A DNA stretch of 64,000 nt from Octopus vulgaris (GCA_951406725.2 OX597814.1:188108001-188172000), one strand, 5' to 3'; positions 27,513-40,636 are shown, counted from the first letter of the stretch. The notes: a model not told the origin generated them from the letters alone. Program-made: numbers and translations.

Positions 27513-27597
27513 TCTTATATATATTATATATATATATATATATCTTATATATATATATTTATATATCTATATATATGTTATATATGTTATATATATC

Positions 27598-28046
27598 TAT
27601 AATTAATTAATAAGGGTGAGAGAATTAGATACTAATTTAATAGTATATTTATTCAACACCAAGTGGCCTAGTGCTACGAGAAACCTGGATTATTATAATA
27701 TTTTATAACATATTATAATATTTTTACAAAATAAATATAAGAGAGTGGTCACTATATTGCTCACTCTAGCACCAGTTAATCCAAAAGGTTTCAACCACGA
27801 AAATACATGTTTCCCATGAAAGTCAGTACGATTGTTAGCTCACACGGACAGGGCAGATAAAAAATAACAAAAATACAGATTATTTTGGGACAATTGTTTC
27901 GCTATTAATGAATTAAATGTAATTTTACTTACAAAAAATCCATTTGTAGCTCGTCAGCCAAGACTATCTGGATGAAATCCACTCAATCACACGCCAGATT
28001 TTTACCATAACGATAAATACGCGTGTGGTTCAATTGATTACATCCG
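27598..28046 (-). repeat. Inverted partial copy of the 534-bp unit (left arm of a ~436-bp-arm palindrome)
   Basis: 27598-28033 is the reverse complement of 28050-28484 (one 1-bp indel seen), with a 16-bp spacer. Confidence 0.95.
27876..27970 (-). ncRNA. Type I hammerhead ribozyme (inverted copy)
   Basis: Reverse complement of 28112-28206; core tcgtcag at 27951-27957; cleavage at position 27889. Confidence 0.85.
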
Positions 28047-28111
28047 TATTTGAACCACACGCGTATTTATCGTTATGGTAAAATCTGGCGTGTGATTGAG
28101 TGGATTTCATC

Positions 28112-28206
28112 CAGATAGTCTTGGCTGACGAGCTACAAATGGATTTTTTGTAAGTAAAATTACATTTAATTCATTAATAGCGAAACAATTGTCCCAAAAT
28201 AATCTG
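28112..28206 (+). ncRNA. Type I hammerhead ribozyme, unit 1
   Basis: cagat-agtc-ttgg-CTGACGA-gcta...tagc-GAAA-CAATTG-TC-ccaa-aata-atctg; GUC cleavage after 28193. Confidence 0.9.
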
Positions 28207-28645
28207 TATTTTTGTTATTTTTTATCTGCCCTGTCCGTGTGAGCTAACAATCGTACTGACTTTCATGGGAAACATGTATTTTCGTGGTTGAAACCTTTTG
28301 GATTAACTGGTGCTAGAGTGAGCAATATAGTGACCACTCTCTTATATTTATTTTGTAAAAATATTATAATATGTTATAAAATATTATAATAATCCAGGTT
28401 TCTCGTAGCACTAGGCCACTTGGTGTTGAATAAATATACTATTAAATTAGTATCTAATTCTCTCACCCTTATTAATTAATTATAATTATGCTGCATTTAT
28501 TTCTAAATGCTGTATTTGTTTTCCGTGAAAGTTTGGCGCGCTGTTGGTTGGGGCATTTGAATTATAACGTCGGATGTAATCAATTGAACCACACGCGTAT
28601 TTATCGTTATGGTAAAATCTGGCGTGTGATTGAGTGGATTTCATC

Positions 28646-28740
28646 CAGATAGTCTTGGCTGACGAGCTACAAATGGATTTTTTGTAAGTAAAATTACATT
28701 TAATTCATTAATAGCGAAACAATTGTCCCAAAATAATCTG
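28646..28740 (+). ncRNA. Type I hammerhead ribozyme, unit 2
   Basis: Identical motif; cleavage after 28727. Confidence 0.9.
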
Positions 28741-29179
28741 TATTTTTGTTATTTTTTATCTGCCCTGTCCGTGTGAGCTAACAATCGTACTGACTTTCAT
28801 GGGAAACATGTATTTTCGTGGTTGAAACCTTTTGGATTAACTGGTGCTAGAGTGAGCAATATAGTGACCACTCTCTTATATTTATTTTGTAAAAATATTA
28901 TAATATGTTATAAAATATTATAATAATCCAGGTTTCTCGTAGCACTAGGCCACTTGGTGTTGAATAAATATACTATTAAATTAGTATCTAATTCTCTCAC
29001 CCTTATTAATTAATTATAATTATGCTGCATTTATTTCTAAATGCTGTATTTGTTTTCCGTGAAAGTTTGGCGCGCTGTTGGTTGGGGCATTTGAATTATA
29101 ACGTCGGATGTAATCAATTGAACCACACGCGTATTTATCGTTATGGTAAAATCTGGCGTGTGATTGAGTGGATTTCATC

Positions 29180-29274
29180 CAGATAGTCTTGGCTGACGAG
29201 CTACAAATGGATTTTTTGTAAGTAAAATTACATTTAATTCATTAATAGCGAAACAATTGTCCCAAAATAATCTG
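29180..29274 (+). ncRNA. Type I hammerhead ribozyme, unit 3
   Basis: Identical motif; cleavage after 29261. Confidence 0.9.
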
Positions 29275-29713
29275 TATTTTTGTTATTTTTTATCTGCCCT
29301 GTCCGTGTGAGCTAACAATCGTACTGACTTTCATGGGAAACATGTATTTTCGTGGTTGAAACCTTTTGGATTAACTGGTGCTAGAGTGAGCAATATAGTG
29401 ACCACTCTCTTATATTTATTTTGTAAAAATATTATAATATGTTATAAAATATTATAATAATCCAGGTTTCTCGTAGCACTAGGCCACTTGGTGTTGAATA
29501 AATATACTATTAAATTAGTATCTAATTCTCTCACCCTTATTAATTAATTATAATTATGCTGCATTTATTTCTAAATGCTGTATTTGTTTTCCGTGAAAGT
29601 TTGGCGCGCTGTTGGTTGGGGCATTTGAATTATAACGTCGGATGTAATCAATTGAACCACACGCGTATTTATCGTTATGGTAAAATCTGGCGTGTGATTG
29701 AGTGGATTTCATC

Positions 29714-29808
29714 CAGATAGTCTTGGCTGACGAGCTACAAATGGATTTTTTGTAAGTAAAATTACATTTAATTCATTAATAGCGAAACAATTGTCCCAAA
29801 ATAATCTG
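29714..29808 (+). ncRNA. Type I hammerhead ribozyme, unit 4
   Basis: Identical motif; cleavage after 29795. Confidence 0.9.
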
Positions 29809-30142
29809 TATTTTTGTTATTTTTTATCTGCCCTGTCCGTATGAGCTAACAATCGTACTGACTTTCATGGGAAACATGTATTTTCGTGGTTGAAACCTTT
29901 TGGATTAACTGGTGCTAGAGTGAGCAATATAGTGACCACTCTCTTATATTTATTTTATATTATATATATCTATATATATCTTGTATATATATATATATAT
30001 ATCTATATATATCTTACACACACACGCATACACGCACACACACACATACACACACACATATATATGTATATACATACATATACATATATATCAATATATC
30101 TATATATATATCTTATATACATACATGCATACATACATACGT

Positions 30143-30196
<54 letters not shown>

Positions 30197-31449
30197 ATTT
30201 GTGATACGTATACAATCACTAAGTTGGTTGTAGTGCTCGCAAGGTTAATGATGTACTTTAGACATTGAATTTGTTGGCATGTAACCAGACGTAACAGTTG
30301 TATACGAAATGACAAATTGCACTCATTAATGGTGTATTTTCATCATTCAACTTCCGGTCAACTTTGTTTTTGAATACCAATCCTTTTCATACAAACACAT
30401 AGGTACATACATACGTGCAGGCATATATACACATACAAATGACACATCATATCATTTAGGCAACACCTACTTAACAGAAAAGAGAGAAATATGTACATCA
30501 AATGCTTACTCAACAGCAAAAATTAATAACATCATAACATCATGAGATTAAGCTAATAACTATTGATAGGTACTCCGACTGCACAGCTGCTCCATGCGAA
30601 TGAAGAATAACTGAACGGACTTTATTTTTGATAGGATCTTGAATGAGTAATTCTCGTTATAACGGCAGACAGTTATGATTGTGTACATATCTGGCAATCT
30701 CGAAAATACCATCAACATTGTCAGAAATAGTAGCCTCTCCTGGAAGCCCCTCATGGATATGTCATATATACGCCATATTTCACTGAGGTTACGTCTTCGC
30801 TGTCGAGAAATAGGACATAGTTAATCACCAAGAGAGATAAAGATGCTCTTAAGCCTACACGTTGTGATAGAAAATATCAGCTGGGTCATACCAGTGTGGA
30901 AGATATCACCCATATCATTTGACCAAAATGTCCGCTAGATACTCGATATTTTCACTAAAACCATCTACAAAGCTTTGGTACAGGTGGCCATACATGATGC
31001 ACATCAGAACCGGAATGTATCCATACCATTAGAAACAAAGAATACTGTTGGATCATCCCAATAAAAATGTCAATCATATGTAAACAGAATAGGCCAGATA
31101 TTATTTCATAGGACCATAAGCAAAAATCATGAATTGTTGAAGAGACCAGCTTCCCGGCGATGTGGATATTTTCAAAGTTTAAGGAAAAGAACGTCTATGA
31201 AGAGTTAGTGTGAAACCTACAGTTCTTATATTCAGGCTATAGATTTATATTTGTACTTCTTATCAGAGGTGCATTGGGCTACGCAACAAATGCTCTACAT
31301 AAATTCCTCGAAATGCTGGTGTTCTCTAAGGAAGAAGAAACTGATTTACATTTTCCATATATAATCGATTAGTTGTACCTTGAAAATTTGCTAAACATCA
31401 GGGATTGAGTATGTACGAAATACGTACACACACGCAAATACACACACAA

Positions 31450-31567
<118 letters not shown>

Positions 31568-31672
31568 CAGTGTGCTTATTCACTGTTTGAGAAGTTCTCT
31601 TGCCTTAAAATGTCTCTGGAAATTTGCCTGAATATACGTGCTCTCTCTCTTTTCCTATATATATATATATAT

Positions 31673-32035
31673 CCCACCTACAAATACATAGAGAGCAACA
31701 GAGAGATAAGATTTAAAAATGGTGTCATATTCAAAGTAAATGCAGATATGAACTGCAAGACGCAGAACGTCATATACTGCATAACCTGCCCCACATGCAA
31801 GGAGAATTACGTAGGAGAAACTGGTAATTCTTTGTGCCAGCGAGCCAGGATCCACCGACAACATATTCGGCAGGAAGAACTACGCAAAATACCACTAAGC
31901 ACACACCTAGCTACATGTGGAGAAGGAAAATTTAAGATATTTCCCTTCTACAAGTGTCCGAAGAATGACACCCCCTTCAGGAGGAATATGGAAAAACATT
32001 TCATAGCTAAGTTCTCCCCCAAATTAAATGGCTGA
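31673..32035 (+). mobile_element. Penelope-like element 3' fragment encoding a GIY-YIG endonuclease (Neptune-type)
   Basis: MNCKTQNVIYCITCPTCKENYVGETGNSLCQRARIHR...STHL...RRNMEKHFIAKFSPKLNG*: VIY/YVG with CxxC, conserved R, H, E and terminal LN. It is 5'-truncated at a (TA)n tract. Confidence 0.9.
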
Positions 32036-32560
32036 AACTTTACTCAACATACATTGAAGGAAAAATCTGTGTGTGTGTAGATGTGTGTATTGCCTGTTAT
32101 ATACATCATATTATATTATTATCTTTATAATTCACTTCCATCTTTACCCTTTAATTGTCACTTTAATTTTAACTTTCCTATGACATACAACTTTCAAGAT
32201 GGTATAATTTGGTTGTTCATTTTGAACCGATAAAAAGGTTTTTTCAAATATTTTATGTATAAGTCTGTGTGTGTGTATATATATGTGTTGGTATAAATAT
32301 CAACACACAAAAATATTTTTTCTTCTCCACTTCCTCCCTTATTTTTATTTTTATTTTTATTTTTATTTTTTTATTTTTATTCTTTATATTTTTATTTATT
32401 CTTTATATTTTTTTATTTTATTTTTTATTTTTTGTTTTTATTTTTTTTATTTTATTTTATTTTTTTTATTTTTTAATTTTTTATTTTTATTATTATTATT
32501 TTTATTTTCCCTTTTCTCTTTTTGTCTCTCTCCCCTTCTCCAAACACACAGACACACACA

Positions 32561-32598
<38 letters not shown>

Positions 32599-32806
32599 AA
32601 AACACACACAGACACACAGAGACACACACACACACACACCTCCACAGAATGATCATAGAAAGTGTGACCCCAAATGACATTTGCCAGGCCAACCTATGCA
32701 CAACACACACTCAGTGACATTGAAATGGACAGCCAAAGTTCTTATAAAACCACAGGGGGTCCAGCAGACCAACGGAAATAACACTTCTTCACTCTCAGAT
32801 ATAAAT

Positions 32807-32886
<80 letters not shown>

Positions 32887-33099
32887 ACATATTTTCTCTC
32901 TGTCTCACTTCCTCCTCACCCACTACTACGAAACTATAAAAAGGTTCAAACTACCCACAACTGATTTGATTTGAAAACCCACTAGAATGGGAGCAAGCGC
33001 TAATCCGAATGATATGATATATATGTAAAAAATGTAATATATAAATAAATATCTACAAATATGAACCATCTGATCTGATTACCTCAATTTTTCTAATTT

Positions 33100-33157
<58 letters not shown>

Positions 33158-33889
33158 GCAGCACGGATTTTTGTCAGTGAACAGGTCGCGGTCTTAAAGC
33201 GACGAAAATATTTTGACAAATTAAACTTAAATGTTGAAGTGAATCGAACGGCTTTTGTGTTTCTTAAATGGCTTACAAACACCTTCCACGCCGCAATTGT
33301 TTTCGTTTCAGCACACGATCTCAGATCAAATCACTTGCTATGCAAGTACATCTCTTTATATATATAATTATTTCATTAAAAAATTATATATATTTATTGC
33401 ATATTTTTCTTGCTATTATTATTATTACTTTATAATATGGAGTGCTAAAAATGGTTGTATCAGACAAAATACCTTACAGTATTTAGTTTTCATTCTTTCC
33501 GTATTTGGTACCAGAGCAACAATAATAAGGCCTGAAAGTTTGAGGGAGGGGTGAGTCGATTACATCGACTGGTACTTATTTCATCGACCTCGAAAGAATG
33601 AAAGGGAAAGTCGACCTCGGCGGAATTTGAATTCTAAACGTAAAGATGGACGAAATGCCGCTAACAATTTTGTCCGGCATGACAACGATTCTACTAGCTC
33701 GGTGCCTTAAGAAGAAGAAGAAGAAGAAGAACAACAACAACAACAACAGTAGTGATATTGGTAATGGCTCTATATGTAAGTATGTATGTATATATGTATG
33801 TACGTATGTATGTACGTATGTATGTGTGTGTGTATGTATGTATGTATGTATGTATGTATGTATGTATGTATGTATGTATGTATGTATAT

Positions 33890-34308
33890 GTATATGCATA
33901 AGAAGCTTGCTTACCAACTACATGGTTCCGAGTTCAGTCCCACTGCATGACGCCTTAGGCAAGTGTCTTCTACTATAGCCTCGGTCCGACCAAAGCATTG
34001 TCAGTAGATTTGGCAGAAGGACATTGAAAGAAGCCCGTAGTGTATATATATATATGTGTGTGTGTGTATGTGTGTGTGTGTGTGTGTGTGTGCCTTTGTT
34101 TGTCCCCCACCATCGCTTGACAACCAATGTTGGTTGGTGTGTTTATGTCCCCGTAACTTAGCGGTTCAGCCAAAGAGGACGATAGAATAAGTACAAGGCT
34201 TACAAAGAATAAGTCCTGGGGTCTATTTATTTGACTAAAAACACTTTAAGACGGTGCTCCAGCATGGCGGCGGTCATATGACTGAAACAAGTAAAAGAAT
34301 AAAAGAGT
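33890..34308 (+). mobile_element. SINE family A
   Basis: Head (5'-truncated), CORE-like region, central TG tract and gtaaaaga tail. Confidence 0.85.
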
Positions 34309-34314
34309 GTATGC

Positions 34315-34372
<58 letters not shown>

Positions 34373-35179
34373 ATATCAATCAATCTATCTGTCTGTCTGT
34401 CTCTCCGTTTTTATATATGGTAAATCCGAGAAGTTTATGGCGGTGATAGGAAACTGAATTAGAATCAATAGATAACCGCTACTACATGTATTGAATACTA
34501 TTTCTTCTAGTCTGTAAGTCCAGACGCACACCCACACCTACACGCATTCACATATATATTACATATGTACTCACTCACACATACGTGATTACAAATTGGA
34601 TGGAATTCGTTGATGTGGCAACTAACGTCCTGACGATCGGCTTTTACCAGACGTTTGTGGCTTAAAGTTTATGATGTGATAGTACGCAAATAGTTTGGAG
34701 AGCCGACTAGGTGATGGATTATCTGTGGCATCATGATTATTTCCTTCAGTTGCATGCTTTGTATAATACTTGATGATTTGCGAGGAGGAAAAATCTAGTT
34801 TTAATCATCCGTTGGAGGAATTATGTATTAGGATAACGACGGAGTAGTTAGGAAATATATCGATTAGCTATCGGGATAGTTTTTCAAATAAGCTTCCCAA
34901 TGAAACAGTTATTAGGATTTTGTTTAATGTTTATTTATTAAGACGTTTCTGAATATTATTAAGCATTGCTGTTTATATAAGGATTATGTTGTACTAACTA
35001 TAGTCTGTTGCGTGATCAATACGTGGTTTGTATCGTGTATACAAATCTATGACTAATTCCTAAGATGTATTATACAAATTTCTTACAAATACATTTTGTC
35101 TCGTCATTCATCATCTCTTGTCATTTCATTTGTCTGCTTTTGAAGGAAGTTACTGCAACCGTTGTTTCTGTTGCTGTTG

Positions 35180-35568
35180 AGCGAGCGAAGCGGTCTTCGT
35201 CCCAGAGCTCGCAAGATCGCGCCTCTGTAGTGGGAGAAGTCCGAAACGTGGTCCTTTGCTATTCAGAAGACCCGCAGAAGAGAAAGCAGGTCAACTCCCG
35301 ACACCGAGAGCATCGACGGATGATGGATGAATGCGCATCTAGGCTCAGCGGTTGCGTAGGAAGTCGGGGACAAGAAACAGGAAGAAAGAGTGAGAGAAAG
35401 TTGGGGCGAAAGAGTACAACAGGGATCGCCACAACCCCCTACCGAAGCCTCGTGGAACTTTAGGTGTTTTCGCTCAATAAACACACACAACGCCCGGTCT
35501 GGGAATCGAAACCGCGATCCTCCGACCGCGAATCCGCTGCCCTAACCATTGGGCCATTGCACCTCCAC
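35180..35568 (-). mobile_element. SINE with family C head but an alternative 3' half
   Basis: 35365-35568 matches the family C head; 35180-35360 is unrelated to the V-like tail. Confidence 0.7.
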
Positions 35569-36017
35569 CATTGTTGCTGTTGGTCAATCTAATCGAGCAA
35601 ACATATAGTGAAAGGTATTCTAGTTTTTAACCGTCTCGTCTTTTTCCAGAGAGAGTGAATGTAACCAGGATTACATTGTTCAATGTACTCTTCAGCTTTT
35701 TTTTTTTATGAAAACGGAAAAAAAAATGAAGGCAGTAGAATTTGATTTTAGGGAGATTTGACGGTAACTTATCGCAGGTCTAGCGACCTTGTAGTGCAGA
35801 CTCCTTATTGGCACGATTGCAATGACGTGTTTGGGGAACGAATGTGGTGGCGGCGGTGGCGGCGGTGGTGGTAGTGGTGGTTGTGGGGTTGTAGATCTCA
35901 GTTCTCTTTGGACATATTTTGGAGAAGACAATCTAAAAGTTGATAGCTGACATTTTATTTGGTACCTGCTAACCATTTATAATTGGTTAGCAGGTACACC
36001 AAGAACAATAACAACAT

Positions 36018-36072
<55 letters not shown>

Positions 36073-36094
36073 CACCACCACCACCACCACCACC

Positions 36095-36158
<64 letters not shown>

Positions 36159-36429
36159 TTACTGGTCAAATATTTTTGGAGCTCCTTCAAGTCGATTACA
36201 AGAACGTGAAAGTTGAGGTGAAGGGCGATCTGGTGGGATTTGAATTGAGAACAGAAAGGAGTGTAAATAAACATCGCAATGCATTTTGGGTCCGGCAATT
36301 TACCGAAAGCAACTTTGGACAAGTATTTCTTTATCTATTTTCTTCTGTATTTCTCCCTACTATTTCACTGTCTTTAATTTCCTCTTACATCTGAGAAAAA
36401 AAAAAAAGAAAAGTATTCTTGCATTCAAC

Positions 36430-36812
36430 CATTTTGTTTTTACTTGTTTCAATCATTGGATTGTGGTCAAGCTGGGGCAATGCCTTGAAGGGTTTAGTCG
36501 AACAAATAGATCCAAGAACTTATTTATAAAGCCTGATATTCATTCTATCGGTCACGTTTGCCGAAATTACAGGGACATAAACAAACCAACCCCAGTTGTT
36601 AAGCGTTGGTAAGAGACAAACACAACACAAACAGACAGACAGACAGACAGACACACAACTGGCTTCTTCAGTTTCCATCTACCAAATCCACTCACAAAGT
36701 CTTGGTAGATCCGGGGCAATGGTAGAAGACACTTGCTCAATGTGCCGCACTGTGGGACTGAACCCAGGACCATATGGTTCGGGAGCAAGCTTCTTAACCA
36801 CACAGTCACACC
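36430..36812 (-). mobile_element. SINE family A, diverged
   Basis: Colinear with the other copies. Confidence 0.75.
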
Positions 36813-37584
36813 TGCACCAAACTATTTATTGCATAACGATTGCAAGGCTATTTTGTTGCATAATGTTAATAGACTTATGTTGTTTAAACATTTGCATCCT
36901 TAAAATCAACATTGAAGAAAACAAATCTAACAAAAACACAGACTAATAATGAGAAAAAAGTTTTGATCTAAAGCCAGATTTCCCTCAGGAATTAAAAAAA
37001 GTTTCCTTAATGCTGATCTTCCTCGCTCTCGGGAGATATTTTCTCCTGGTCAAGAATTGCAGCTTTGGACAAAATGATTCTTGTATGCTACCCTTCTCTT
37101 GGAATATAAAATATCCTGTTTGTCGATATGCTCTATCAGGTATATATATCACGAAGTTATAACATCTCAGTGTTAAGGTTGATCTGTTAAGTTGCGATAT
37201 CAGAAATGCGTCTCCATTGACTTACGCTTGTGTTTAGTCAGAAGTAACTATTTAGTCATAAATTAATAATCATATGTTGATGGAAGTGGGTAGCTTGTGT
37301 GGTCGCTTGACCTACTAGAAACAACAGCTAAATCTTCTTAAAATCATTGTTTTAGGAAAACTACACACAAAAAAAGGAGTTCATATTTGACAATCTGGAG
37401 CTGTGTACAATGTATCTGAATAATGTTTGGAAAACAATTACGGATGGAATAACTTTTGGTAAGTGGTGATAGGGCTAAAGAAGAGGGAGGAGGAGGAGGA
37501 GGAGGGGAAGAAGAAGAAGAACAACAACAACAACAACAACCACAACAACACAAACAACAATCTTCACAAACATGTTAATAGAAG

Positions 37585-37975
37585 AAGGCGGCGAGCTGGC
37601 AGAAACATTAGCACGCCGGGCGAAATGCTTAGCGGTATTGCGTTCTGAGTTCAAATTCCGCCGAGGTCGACTTTGCCTTTCATCGTTTCGAGGTCGATTA
37701 AATAAGTACCAGTTACGCACTGGGGTTGATGTAATCGACTTAATCCGTTTGTCTGTCCTTATTTGACCTCTCTGTGTTTAGCCCCTTGTGGGTAGTAAAG
37801 AAATAGGTATTTCGTCCGTCCTTACGTTCTGAATTGAAGTTCCGCCGAGGTCGGCTTTGCCTTTTTATTCTTTTTTTGGGTAGATGTAATAAGCACCAAT
37901 TGAGTATTGGAGTCAATGTAACCGACTTACCCCCTCCCCCAGAATTACTGGCTTTGTGCCAAAATTTGAAATCAG
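37585..37975 (+). mobile_element. SINE family B dimer (young copy joined to an older body)
   Basis: Junction gaaatag|gtatttcgtc at ~37807. Confidence 0.8.
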
Positions 37976-38099
37976 TAAGTAAGAAATTACAAGCACTTAT
38001 ATGGCACTTTATACCAGTGCAACTTTCATATCGTATTTTTGCAAGTGAGAGCACAAACGTTCTGTCGTGTGATAGGCACCGCAGGCGTCGTACTGGCAG

Positions 38100-38167
<68 letters not shown>

Positions 38168-39340
38168 AGAGAGGGAGGGAGAGAAAGAGTGGCTTAATAC
38201 ATCTAGCATGAATTGACAAAGCTGTATACACCGAACACGCTTAAGTCACACCGAGATGAGGTTACTATTACATTGTATAAGTCCGAAACGTTATTACGAC
38301 ACCCATTTTTTTTTTGCCATGAAATGCGTAAGAGAAAAAGGCTTTCAACACTTCCCACACCTTTATCATTAAGGTGAAAAGTATAAAAATACAAGTAAAA
38401 CACAAAACAATAACAAAAACAACGACAAAGAAATAAAACTAATGGGAAACAAATGCGTGCTGTTCAAGGTACTCAGACACGCACAAAGACCAGCCCAGCC
38501 GTTATGTTGACTATGTAACAGTGATAAGGATTAAGTCGAAAAAAAGTGGCGTGTGTACGTGTATGTGGAGAGTAGGGTCGAGCTGTGATGTGGGTGGTTG
38601 TGGTGTGGTGTTGGTGTTGGTGTATGTGGTTGATGGTGGTGGTGGTAGTGTGGTGGTTGCGGGGTGGTGTGGAGGAGGTGTAGGCGTTTCGTTTCGCTGT
38701 CTATTTCTCTTGTTCCTTTGGCTGTCCGCCTGTCGACCTGTTTTGTCGTTGTCGATGGCTGCTGATCCTGTTCATTGCTTGCCGATGCGTTAATGAGCCA
38801 GTCATCTGGTGTGCTCAGCCGATATTTATAGGACAACCATTGTCAAAAATAACAAAAACAAAAGCAAAAACAAAACAAAAAAAAAAACAAAACAAAAAAT
38901 AAATAAAAAAACAATACAAAGCGAAATAAAAAAAAAGATGTAAAAAAAAAAAAATGACGCATAGCATTGCAAAGGTGCGTGTTGAGGTCGACAAGGGCAA
39001 GCTGGAAAAACTAAAATAGAAATTTTGCAGCCGTCAGATTGTCTCGCCACAAAAAGGAAAAAAAGAAAAAAAAACCCCTTAACTCACTATAAACGTGAAT
39101 ATGATGAAAATCGACTAAATACAATTCAGAGATTGTGGTAGGTGTATGTAATTTAAAGGAAAGTGGTGGATAAAGAATGAGAAGCAGAACTGATATTCAA
39201 GACACAACAGAAGACTGGCTAGTTGGCTGCTGACAACCCGATTCACTTGCATGAATAATTTCAGTTAATCGAGCTTTTTTTTTTTAATTCATTATATTAC
39301 ATGTGTGAGACCATACCATATTTCTATATAGCATGTAGAT

Positions 39341-39572
39341 AAGGCGGCGAGCTGGCAGAAACGTTAGCACGCCGGGCGAAATGCTTGGCGGTATTTCGTC
39401 TGCCGTTAGGTTCTGAGTTCAAATTCCGCCATGGTCGACTTGGCCTTTCATCCTTTCGGGGTCGATTAAATAAGTACCAGTTACGCACTGGGGTCGATGT
39501 AATCGATTTAATACGTTTGTCTGTCCTTGTTTGTCCTCTCTGTGTTTAGCCCCTTGTGGGTAGTAAAGAAAT
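39341..39572 (+). mobile_element. SINE family B monomer with TSD
   Basis: Flanked by tatatagcatg(t/c)aga. Confidence 0.85.
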
Positions 39573-39879
39573 ATATATAGCATGCAGAACGTTTCTCAGA
39601 GAATGTAATTTTTCATTCAATCGCATAAATGATACTTTAATTAGCGTCCTTACACACACATACACACACACACACACACATACATGTACACGCGCAGACA
39701 CATTTGGTGAACGTCGACTCGTGACCGAGTAAAATCACTTACTATAACCGATATCACTCTGTGAGACATCTCACGTTTGGTCTCCCCCATCGATAATGAT
39801 GTCACATATGGCTCCTAAGGCCTGCAAACGACCTACAATTCATTTCTCACTGACCACAAGTAAGCCCCCCAACTGCAAT

Positions 39880-40160
39880 CCCACACTATGGCTGATGGAA
39901 CCTTCAGTTACCGAGTGAGTCCCACTGGCCGACTCATACACTTTGCTACACAAGGCGCACGAGAGGTCATGCTTGATATCACATTGGTAGACAGAGGGGT
40001 CTACGTGGCCGCCATTGTGAAGCAGGCACGACCACACTGGTCACACGAAAAATAGTCTTTCGTGGCCTACACAGGAAGAAGGTTCACATACTCCATATAT
40101 TTACCAGTATGTTTCAACTCAATGTATGCAACCAACCTTGTTGTTTTCGAAGTTAATCAG
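39880..40160 (-). mobile_element. Probable RTE-clade LINE 3' remnant (terminal C2H2-like finger)
   Basis: WSCLLHNG...LSCALCSKVYESASGTHS; degenerate. Confidence 0.4.
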
Positions 40161-40174
40161 ATTCCTCCATGCAA

Positions 40175-40508
40175 GATCTTCCCAGGACTTATTCTTTGTA
40201 ATCCTAGAACTTATTCTATCGGTCTCTTTTGCCGAAGCGCTAAGTTACAGGACGTAAACACACCAGCATCGGTTGTCAAGGGATGTTAGGGGAACAAAGA
40301 CACAGGAACATATACACACACATACATATATACACACATATATACGACGGGCTTCTTTCAGTTTCCGTCTACCAAATCCACTCACAAGGCTTTGGTCGGC
40401 CCTAGGCTATAGTAGAAGACACTTGCCCAAGGTGCCATGCAGTGGGACTGAACCCGGAACCATGTGGTTGGTAAGCAAGCTACTTGCCACACAGCCACTC
40501 TTGCGCCT
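40175..40508 (-). mobile_element. SINE family A
   Basis: Colinear with the other copies. Confidence 0.85.
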
Positions 40509-40544
40509 ATTTTCTCTCTCTCTATCTATATATAGTATGTGTAT

Positions 40545-40636
40545 ATTTATTTTATAGAAGGAGCTTCTACAGGACTAGAACTGTTTCATTCATGAAACAG
40601 TTCTAGTCCTGTAGAAGCTCCTTCTATAAAATAAAT
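40545..40636. repeat. Perfect 45-bp-arm hairpin
   Basis: atttattttatagaaggagcttctacaggactagaactgtttcat-tc-atgaaacagttctagtcctgtagaagctccttctataaaataaat. Confidence 0.95.

Larger units (their letters stand above)
28050..29956 (+). mobile_element. Tandem array of 534-bp ribozyme-bearing units (retrozyme / Penelope pLTR-like), ~3.6 copies
   Basis: ttgaaccacacgcg recurs at 28050, 28584, 29118 and 29652. Units are near-identical, non-coding and flanked by (TA)n. Confidence 0.9.

Noticed and set aside
31610-32035. Host GIY-YIG gene starting at the annotated ATG
   Set aside because: The N-terminus comes from a CT/TA microsatellite; the domain is a 5'-truncated Penelope-like fragment.
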